The notes below the pieces were generated by a model that saw only the letters and a list, made by a program, of their open reading frames with translations, searched no databases and was not told where the DNA came from. 64,000 nucleotides of DNA, taken from contig JAUCBJ010008402.1 in NCBI GenBank assembly GCA_032718475.1, positions 62,007 to 126,006 on the forward strand, in the 5' to 3' direction. The position numbers and the translations under genes were made by a program. This document shows, piece by piece, positions 54,855-64,000 of the stretch. Every line of letters starts with the position of its first letter. Within the stretch, counting starts at the first letter, position 1. The DNA is from Nemertoderma westbladi (Eukaryota > Animalia > Xenacoelomorpha).

Positions 54855-55420
54855 TGGGGGAGAGGGGGGGGGGGGGGGGGGGGGGGAGTTGACTATTAAA
54901 CTAAAAATGTTTGTTCCCTTATTTAGAAGACTTCGTTTTATCCAAATTTATTGGCATTTGGCACACATGTATAGAATAGGTGGATAAAAAATTTCAAAAA
55001 AAATTTTCGAAATTTTTAATTTTTGCCAAATTTACATACTTTCTGCAAAAAAAATTTTAAATGCAAAGGCTCTTAGAGGGATGGCCATCAAGTGCTCAAA
55101 ATTTCATCATTTCTGCAGAATGGCTAAATCGACCTTATGAACAGAATTTTGATAAATGCTTATGTTCAAAAATTATTTAAAAAAAATAAACGATTTTCTT
55201 GCCATATTTCAGCTATAACAATGAAAATAAAAAAAAGTGGTCATAGGAGGTGTTAAGCATCAATCACCCAGTCTTCATTCGAGCCAAATTTCACACAAAT
55301 TGGTTCATTTTTAGAAGTTGCATTTTGAAATTTAAAATTTGCATTCTTCAGAAAACGCATTTAAAGTTTATGCTTAGGGTAATTCTGTCCTATGAAATGT
55401 TAGAATGCACTCAACCGCGC
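54855..55420. mobile_element. Possible non-autonomous DNA transposon/MITE (Kolobok-like)
   Basis: Flanked by TTAA (54851-54854, 55421-55424), weak terminal similarity (G-rich...GTTGA on both ends), AT-rich body with aaatttca motifs. The left end is obscured by a G run. Confidence 0.35.
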
Positions 55421-55780
55421 TTAAAATATTGTTGCAAGGGTTTTCCTTGTGATTGTGATCCTTGCAAGGTGATTTCATTTCTAAAGTCAGTTTACTCGTC
55501 TGACAAAGTCATATCTGTCTGTCATTGCTGTCTGTCTGTCCGTCACAACATAACCGACTACTGGAAATGAGATCCTTCCAGGCTTCCCGATTCTCCATAG
55601 TGGTCGCAATTTCGTTTCTCCCAAGTTCAGTATCCCTTTCAAGTTAATCTATATATGTTATGGCCGGTCGTCCACGACTACGCTTTCCATGAGTTGGTTG
55701 CCAGAGAAGTAGATCTGGTATGACCTTGTCTTTACTTCGCCAGCAGTGCCCACTGATTCTTAATTGCGTTCACGGAGGGT

Positions 55781-56582
55781 ATATAATTATATGATGTTAG
55801 ATAACCACGACTTTAGAGGGATTGTGATATTAATATGAAAACAATAAAATAGGACATGGGGTCTTATTCCCTCAAATACTACCTAGCATTTAGGGCCACT
55901 TGGGCCACTGTTAGTACTCAGGCACTAAGGCCCATCAAAAAACAAAATACCAAATCGATTTTAGTGCTACATAAACCAACCCAACTACCACATGAAAAAT
56001 TACACCAAACCATACATTAACTACAGGTTCCGGTAAGTATTGCACGAAATAGGCTATCCCATAAATTACGAAAAATATAGGACATTTTGTCCGCCGAAAA
56101 GGTAAGTCTATGTAATAAATTTTATAAAAATAAAAGGGTTTCGGAGATTTAAACACTGAACCCTGGGATTCGTGGTTCTCCTCATCAGCAGTGTGCCACG
56201 AACCCCACCCCTACCCTAACAAAACTGCACCACTAAAATAAGACAATGACCAATAAATTAAAAATCCTACCGTACCACCAAACAGAGTTGAAACCACCCA
56301 CCCCCAATGTATGTTACCATCAGCCCCAAATGCATAAACATGATTCCCCACTGAAGGCAACCTACCCCAATTAGCACCTACCGGTATGATCAGATAAATG
56401 ATCAGATTTTTAAACAAAATTGCGCGATGTCAGAAAATGCCCCTGTAAATATATAATTATATGATGTTAGACAACCACGACTTTAGAGACTGAGAGAGAC
56501 TTTAGAGACCAAGTGGCCCTAAATGCTAGGTAGTATCTGAGGGAATAAAATCCCATGTCCTATTTTATTGTTTTCATATTAA
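55781..56582 (-). mobile_element. Non-autonomous Penelope-like/retrozyme-like insertion
   Basis: 12-bp TSD ttcacg[g/a]agggt (55769-55780, 56583-56594), 38-bp direct repeat (55781, 56451), ~74-bp inverted segment (55829-55902 vs 56509-56582), hammerhead core and no credible ORF. Confidence 0.75.
56135..56206 (-). ncRNA. Predicted hammerhead ribozyme with permuted strand order
   Basis: Minus strand: acacug-CUGAUGA-ggaga...agggU-U-cagugu...ucucc-GAA-acccu. Both core boxes and all three helices can be assigned. Confidence 0.7.
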
Positions 56583-57244
56583 TTCACGAAGGGTGGTTGA
56601 TACAGGTGGTATTGTACCATAAAGCTGGGCGTTTGTGATGTGTTGTCTCCAGCTGATGTTTAGGGCTGCCCTTAGTAGTCTTGTGTAGCAACCATCAATT
56701 CGTTGTTCAAGTGATTTAGTCAGTGTCCAGGTCTCACCCCCGTATAAAAATACACTTTCCACTGTGGCTCGAAAGAACTTAGTCTTCAGGTGCCTGGAGA
56801 GATCTGATTTCCAGATGGTATCCATTTTTGATAGAGCTACCCAAGCCTTTTCTTTCCTAACTTCTATGTCCTTTTTGCTACTCTCTGTCCATGATCCTAA
56901 GTACTGGAAGTCGTCGACCTTCCTTAGTTGATTATTATCAATGGTTGTCAAGTTTCCATCAACATTAAAGCAAAGGTCATGAATTCGGTCTTGGTAGCAT
57001 TTATATGCAAGCCAACCTCCTTAGCAGCCCTCTCCACTTTATTTAGTAGAAGCTGTGCATCTGCTAGCGTATTAGAGAGGAGGGCGATGTCATCCACAAA
57101 GTCTGTGACTGTAGTTGCCAGATATCTACTACTTCTGCGTTCTTGAAGTGTGAATCCCAGATCTTCACCCTTTGTGGCCATCCTCATTGCGTAATCCAGC
57201 ACAATTACAAATAGTAATATGTATGAGCATATGTATGTGAGCAT

Positions 57245-57512
57245 AGATAGATAGATAGATTTATTTATACATTATATGAAAACAATAACAAATACACCAA
57301 ACAATGTACCGGTATAAAGGTATTGTCCAACATAACATATAGGATTACCCCTAAAGCTTTGCAGCTTATTTCCAAGGGGGTCCTTTATGTTACTTGGTTA
57401 CAAATACAATATTACACTACGCTAACCTAAAACCAATATAAAACATAATTACACTATGTACATGTACAACTTTACCGAGAGCGTGAGTGACAATATCCGA
57501 CTCAATGATAAA
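57245..57512 (-). mobile_element. 3' end of a LINE/SINE (L2/CR1-group-like)
   Basis: Minus strand reads ggacccccttggaaataagc...ggggtaatcc stem-loop region, AATAAA and (TCTA)n tail. It truncates the RTE at left and is cut by the LTR at right. Confidence 0.55.
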
Positions 57513-58191
57513 TGTAAGCGGATTCAATTCCCTTGCATTATCCACCCGAAAATGGGACCAGTGGCATTTTACCAATATAGTTGGCGATACGATATTACCA
57601 ATAATAATCTCGCCTCATAACCAACTCAGGGGGGGGGGGGGGGGGCAATACAGGCCCTAAAGCCACAGAGAGAGGTCAAACCACCTGACAGGGAGAACAC
57701 AGCTAGTCAAGGCTAGCGGCAGGGGGTAACACTTACAGGGAGTGCCAAAGTGACAATTAGTATATAAGCCAATAGCGGGCAGGGGAGCACGTGGGGAAAG
57801 ATAGGAAAGCATCCATTGGGTAGCAAAAGGCCGAAGTAGAGTAGAGGTGAAACCAATATCTATGTGTATCAATCATATAGTTATCCTGATTACTGGTTTA
57901 CCGGTCAGTTCATTAATCACAGAGTTGCAGACCGGTTATAGTTTTAACCATCACTTTATAACTGCTGTTGTAATTCTGTATTGCAATTTCAATCATATAC
58001 TGTTATACATTCTGTGCTATTATCATTGGAACATTAACATCGAGAGACACAAACTCTGTTATTTTCCCGACGGCCTTTGGCCAAAGATATAAGTTCAGCA
58101 GCCAAGCAGGAAGTGACGCGTATAACCTAACCCAGTCGGGATCCTTGAACTCAATCCTACTATCCAGCTTACTAAAACTATCCAGCTTACA
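57513..58191 (+). repeat. 5' LTR of the BEL/Pao element (679 bp)
   Basis: Termini TGTAAGC-GGAT...ATCCAGCTTACA form an inverted repeat, TATA-like gtatataag near 57760, and gag begins 33 bp downstream. The second LTR is outside the window. Confidence 0.7.
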
Positions 58192-58223
58192 ACAGACTGT
58201 GACCGCAACCAGACTCAAGAAAG

Positions 58224-59471
58224 ATGAATGAAGAACACCGAATGCCCCGAGAATCAGAGGGAGAAAGAACGCCGCTGCGGACCCCGGACTACACCAACCA
58301 AACGATCCGAGAGGCCGCGAAGAGATGGTACCGGCCAGCCACCCTGGATTCGCCACCAAGGGACGAACCGAATGCCCAAGCGGAGGGCGGCCGACAACAA
58401 CGAGGAGGGAAAGACAACGACGAGTCGACGCGCGACGATGACGGCAGTTGGAGTACCGAAGTTGCCGGCCAGCCACAGGCCGAGGGTGACGGATGGCCCA
58501 CCGGAACGGCGACGGTGGGGCCGCCGGTATGACGCCGGATGAGGAGGGAAGGTAGAGTCAACGAGGAGGACATCGGGACGAGTGATCGCCTACGATGGGC
58601 GTACAACGCCACAAAGAAACTACTGAAAGATGCTAAGGAGGGGAGAAAGGTAGACAAGCCTAAACTATACCAGAGGCTAGGTGAGTCGAATAAACATTTC
58701 CGTTACTTAGTCCGTTTTGGACAGGGGGAACTGGTGAGTGAGAGAGCATGGGGGGTCGCCACAGAACTGTTTAAATTGTGGCGGTCCGAGGTAATGGAGC
58801 CAGATGTAGTGTACATAGGGCCTTACCAAGTGGATGCCAGGGGAATTAAGTTAGTGGGATGGGCGGACCCGCATGACGGCATATCCGAGGTTAACCCCGA
58901 GGATTCGGTGTCGTCGGTTAGTAAGAACCCCACTAAACGGGGGAAATTAGTAGGACAGAGAGGCGACGGGAGTCCTTCGCGACCGATATGTCCACTACAT
59001 CCTGCGAAAGCAGGAAGGGTATTAGAGATAGATCTGGCGTGTCAACTAGACATTGTGGCGCTGGATCAAAAGGAACTGGAGAAGCAGTTAGATGAGGGAA
59101 CTGCACTATTAGAGAGGGAGAGAGAATTAGCGAGAGAGTGTAAAGAGAGGGCCGAGAGGGTGGCGAGAAACTATAGGGAGTGGGAGGAGAGAGAGATGAG
59201 TGAGCATAAAGAGTGCAAGGAGCGGGAGGCAAGAGTAGAAAACGAGCGCAAGATGCGGGAGATTGAGAGAATTGAGCAGGAGGCGAGAGTGGAAAACGAG
59301 TGCAAGATGCGGGAGGTTGAGAGAATTGAAAGGGAAGCGAACAAGCGCAAAGAGCGAGAAGCGAGAGAGGTAGTGAGGGTAGAGAGAGAAGCGAACGAGC
59401 GTAGAGAGCGGGAGGCGAGGGAGACAGAATTGGCCAACCAAAGTATGAGGGAGGATAGAGAGAGAGTGTGA
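58224..59471 (+). pseudogene. BEL/Pao gag N-terminal region
   Basis: ORFs 58224 and 58539 share a frame, separated by one TGA (58530-58532); VNPEDSVSSVS and EREARVENE repeats. Confidence 0.7.
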
Positions 59472-59573
59472 CCGTATGGGCGGGGGGGGGGGGGGGGTAA
59501 TAATAATAATACGAGTTAATTAGAGGGAGTTAATATTAATAGTACCGTGATAGACAACCCTAATCAAACCTTT

Positions 59574-61622
59574 TGTTAAACAAGCACGATCACGAGCTGG
59601 TCCTTACTATTGAACAATGCAGCATTTGCAAGCAACAAAAAACACAAAGTTGCTTCTTACCGCTAGATGGCACTAACCAGGCCATCCGCTAATATGTTTT
59701 ACTATTATTTACTATATGGCTCCACTAAATCGCTTGCTCCTTTCTCTGTTGATCGCTCAACAGAGAGCTAACTGTTTGAGCCACGCGGGAATAACCAAAA
59801 CAAAAAACCCGAAATCGGCTCCCTGAGCTACTTAAAACGAGTGTTGGTGGCCTATCACTCGGAGTTCACTTATCGCAAAACACTGGAATTCACTGGCAGA
59901 ACACGTTGAATGTGAGAATATTTTAATAATCTATGGGGACAGATCTGTTTAATTTCCTAGATATCGAAACTTGGCCTTCGGCTGGTTTTAGACCAGCAAA
60001 CTTACTACTGCTGTACTGTATACTGGACACTGCTGTCAGCCTGTTGCCCCGCTATTTTCAAATAACCGCCTAGCATGAATAGTCTACAGTATTCTAAACA
60101 ATCACTTAAAACTACTCTCCGCTATGCTGCGTACAAATTCTTATTTTATTTTATATCGCTAAATTAATTAGTCATAAATACAAATTTGCGTACTAATTAC
60201 TAGATATTCCAGAATACGTACTTCTAATTTATTATGTACTGGGTTATACTAGCAACAGCCTAAATACTGTATTATTTTGACCTAACTAACAATTAATAAG
60301 CATAAACTAAGAAATGGAAATCAATCAAGGGAAACAGCGCCTATCTAAGCATTCACATTTAAGAATCAGGCACTCTTTAGCAATACAACACAAATAGCAT
60401 AGCAATAAGCTAATAGTACGGCAGATAGCGCTAACTACACCAGTCAGCTAGTGCACTAAATACCCGTACGTTAGTACATCAGTATAACAGTATTAGTCAT
60501 TCAGTCAGTCAGTGTAAGAACCACAGGCCACCCAAAGCCACACATAGGACTCCTGACTAAACCCAAATTCTGCCCCCTAATACTACAAAGTAGAGACAAA
60601 AATCTGAATCATCAGCCACCTAATACTGTAACAGCGGCTGGTCCCCAGTCCTCAACTGACTAGCCCCGACCGCAACGGTGCCCACCGCCAGCGTCGCCCC
60701 GCTTTGGATCCTCTGCACTCCCTTCCGTCGCTTCCCCCCGGTGCGCCCGCCGCACCTACCGTTACTTTAGCCCTCCATGTTAGAACAAATAGCTACCGTA
60801 TCGGCACATGCATTCACAAAACAGTCTGACAATCTAAAGGGAATCCCATAGGATTATTGCATCTCAATTACATAGAAATCAGTAATTAAATGTAGAAATC
60901 ATAGTTCAAGATTGTAATTAGCAGTAACCATCATCAAATTTACGTAATTTAAGAAAAAACAGCAAAGAATTTAAATCAGAAATAACACAGAAGCAGAATA
61001 ACAGCATTAAGGAATTACACAGAATATTGCAAGAAAAATAAGGACATAAGGTAAAACACATACCGGAACACGGCCAATTTATAGATCATGAAATAGGGAT
61101 GACGCAATAATCGTCTGATTGGTCCAGCAAGCCACGCCACCATTAGACCAACCTGGAACAGCTGGGCCAATAAGTAAGCCGGATTGTGCTCCTTGTCCCT
61201 CTAAATCGCAAATTATTACCATATATGGTAATGAATTGTGTCCCGGTGGGCTTATAGGTTGCTGGCCATAACATTAATTTCGAGATTATTAAAGTACATT
61301 AAGCACAATTCGATATAAAGCCAATTTAAAGGGAAATATAAATGGGAATTAATACAAATACATAATCAATTCGATCAATATTAATAAATGCCAAGCTTGT
61401 ATTAAGGTTTTATAGGAACTTGCTACCGTAAATGTTATTTATTAAGGTTTTATTATAAAATTACGTACGCAAAACTACATACTATACAAAATGGATGAGA
61501 TATATGAACTTGGATATTTTATTGTCCCTATCTAATTACGGCTGTACATAATTATGACTTATCTAAATATTTCATACTGTATAATGGGCTGATAGTAGTA
61601 CACAGCGTCATATATCGTAACA
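59574..61622. mobile_element. 2049-bp solo-LTR-like insertion inside the BEL gag
   Basis: TGTTA...TAACA termini, 5-bp TSD CCTTT (59569-59573, 61623-61627). Removing it restores the frame DNPNQTFLSGNNILPGSNNPNLNVQ. No ORF inside. Confidence 0.85.
59660..59673 (+). promoter_or_regulatory. CTCF-like binding motif in the solo LTR
   Basis: CCGCTAGATGGCAC fits the CC[A/G]SYAGRKGGCRS consensus. Motif match only. Confidence 0.4.
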
Positions 61623-63163
61623 CCTTTCTTTCAGGAAATAATATTTTACCCGGTAGTAATAACCCTAATTTAAATGTGCAAAGTAATCTAAATAGTAACC
61701 CTAATTTAAATGTGCAAAATAATCTAAATAATAACCCTTATTCTGAGAAAAATAATTTAAATAATAATTTAGGTAACAATAATACGTTAAATAACCCTGA
61801 AGAAATTAACCAAAATAATATCATTAGTAATAGTGTAACGAATCAGGGCAAAATTAATAACGGTGCAATTAATACAAATGCAGGGGGAACAAGCGAGCCG
61901 GCCAACGAGAGCCTGCAAGGCCACGCAGTTGCTCAGGGAGTAGCGGGGGTGAGTCAACCCAACGAGAGCCTGCAACGCCACGCAGTTCCACAGGGAGAAG
62001 CGGGGGTGAATAAACCCAGGGAGGGTAGAGATAATGCGTCGACTAGAGGGGGGCGTAGGGGCGAAGTAAGAGGTGACGGATGGGGGGGGGGGGGGGGTGG
62101 GGGCTACGGGCACCCCACCACGAGAGATTAGTGGCGAGAGGGGGGGGGGGCAGAGAATGTCCCACAATCATCAACAGGAAATGCGCGCGGCGAGTTAAGT
62201 GAGCCATGGCACCCAATGGCGGGCGACAGGGGGGGGGGGGGGGGGGCAGAGAATGTCCCACAAGCGTCGGCGGACAATGCGCGCGGCGAGTTAGGTGGAC
62301 CATGCGGCACCCGACGACAGAGAATAGTAGGGGGATTGCGAATATCCCCAGCACCGTCCAACCAGGGCAGAGAGAGAGACGTTGGCGCCGTGAGCGGGCG
62401 AGCGAGAAGACGTCGAGCCCAGTCGGAAGACGGAAGAGGAACAGTGGAGTTTATCCGGGAGGTCGAAGCGAGATCTCACGAGGAGGAACACTGCACTGAA
62501 GCGAGACGAAGTGAGGAGAATCGAAGGAGCGTTGCTACGAGCAACGGAGAGGAAGGACGGACAGTGAACCGTCAGTAGTCGAGATGGAGTCAGAGAGCCG
62601 GTGGGGTCGTACTCCGGGAGATTGCCGTCGCCCCGGAGAATCACAACCTGGCGAGATATACCACACACCGGGAGAGGGGTACAGGATGTACCGGTGCGAG
62701 GATGAAGACAGGAGAGGGGATCGAAGAGAAACTTCCCGACGGAACGTAGCTGCCGATCGAGAATATGGTAGTCGCGGGGAGGACTTCTTGGAATATTCGA
62801 GAAGATTAAACTTCGGTCCGGAAGGACACAGGCAGACTGCAGGACATTCTGTAGGCCTTACTGCACATACTATAGGCCATGCTGGGAGAGATAGTGTAGG
62901 CGATAGGGTAGCGCAGACAACGGGATTAGACCCGGAAGTCGCGGCATACATACCTGTAGGTAGGCAAGAAGTGGATAGGCCTATACCGGTACCTGCATGC
63001 ACACCAGTATGACTATAACATGCAGGGATTTAATATATACCCAGGGGAGGGGGGAGCTATTGTCGATAGTGCATGGGCCCTAACATGATAACATCAACCC
63101 CAGTACCAAATATAACACCGGTGGGGGGGGGGGGGGGGGGGGGGGCAGGGTGACATTCCCCCA

Positions 63164-64000
63164 TTGCAATATCAGCAATACACTCAACCAAGAACAAAAT
63201 CCCCAAACCACTCAGACCCAAATAAGTCGTGTGACACGGAGATATGGAGGGGACCGTTACCCCCAATGATATATCCTACACAAAGAAAGTCGACAGGCCC
63301 AACGGGCGAACCGCACCCAACAGCAAGGGAGTCTGCACCACAACTATCGAGCGCGCTAGAAGTACAAGCGATGGGAATGGCAACACTCATCGACATGCTA
63401 AAGACCAGAATCGAGCTACCACCAGTGGAGCCGTTCAAATTCGATGGTAGTAAGCCGGAGGAATACCTGCAATTCTGGGGTATGTACAGTAACGAAATAT
63501 TAACGAAGAACCTGACGCAGGCGGAGTGCCAAAAATACTTACAAGTTTACACAGGGGGGCCAGCATATGACATCGTAAGGCAGTACCAAGGTATCGAAGG
63601 TGGATTCACGACTGCATGGTGGGCCCTGGACAGGGAATTCGGGCATCCTGCGAAGATCATCCAACAAACCTTAAGGGGAATAACATCAGGCGGACTACAG
63701 GATAACCCTGTCAGCATCAAGACCTTCGCAAATAAAGTCGAAAAGGCGCTGATAGTGCTAAAGACCCTTGATGCACCTTACGAACTCAACGCATCGAATA
63801 ACATCACTACAATAGCGCAGGCACTACCGATCTGGCTGAGGAACAAGTGGAGAAAGATTGCCTTCTCCACCAGATAGAAGAAGGGTGCGGAGCCAGGGCT
63901 AGAGGAGATGTCAAACTTCCTTAACTATGAGGCGGAGCTGATTACAGACCCACTCTACAGCGAGGATAGTTTGGGGAGGGCACCGAAAGCTGAATACAAC
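63164..64000 (+). pseudogene. BEL/Pao gag capsid-like (DUF1759-like) domain
   Basis: LPPVEPFKFDGSKPEEYLQFW...YLQVYTGGPA...AWWALDREFG...LPIWLRNKW, in-frame TAG at 63875-63877, then FLNYEAELITDPLYS. Confidence 0.9.

Larger units (their letters stand above)
55510..57215 (-). mobile_element. RTE-type LINE 3' portion, family 2, split by the 55781-56582 insertion
   Basis: LFVIVLDYAMR...FVDDIALL...GLHINATKT, VDDFQYLGSW...VSTTLRE, resuming after the insert as LRISGHCWRSK...LWQPTHGKRSRGRP...W, with a (GACA)n-like tail near 55510-55540. Confidence 0.9.
57513..64000 (+). mobile_element. BEL/Pao LTR retrotransposon, 5' part, decayed; continues past the right edge
   Basis: LTR, then gag fragments with PEDSVSSV motif, E/R coiled coil, low-complexity linker and DUF1759-like domain. 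Confidence 0.9.

Noticed and set aside
58192-58215. Canonical tRNA primer-binding site after the LTR
   Set aside because: Sequence is acagactgtgacc with no TGG start, so no tRNA can be assigned by eye.
55250-58657. Short ORFs at 55250, 55935, 56211, 57657, 57847, 58003 and 58289
   Set aside because: No recognisable motifs. They lie in non-coding TE parts or antisense to gag.
61623-61634. cctttctttcAG as a host splice acceptor
   Set aside because: It is the TSD plus resumed gag codons (TFLSG), and the downstream peptide is gag linker rather than FIP-like.

Overview
Eukaryotic genomic DNA, probably from an invertebrate animal. No prokaryotic genes or CRISPR array. The window appears to lie inside one host gene: a single 195-bp coding exon (7835-8029, +, Rab11-FIP3/FIP4/Nuf-like coiled coil, not in the ORF track) is flanked by very large repeat-filled introns. 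Order: 47-bp satellite (1-7797); the exon; a ~7.9-kb decayed APE-type LINE (RTEX-like) whose huge ORF1 region has a 10-aa repeat tract, a Ulp1/SENP-like protease domain, a coiled coil and an RRM, and whose ORF2 has lost the RT core by an in-frame deletion; a 36-kb layered 46-bp satellite (~16500-52721); then a nest of elements (two RTE-type LINE relics, a possible TTAA MITE, a Penelope-like non-autonomous insertion, a LINE 3' end, a BEL/Pao LTR retrotransposon and a 2-kb solo LTR inside its gag). Most interesting: a predicted hammerhead ribozyme with non-standard strand order in the Penelope-like insert, and the protease-bearing LINE ORF1. All family assignments come from motif recognition by eye, not from database searches.
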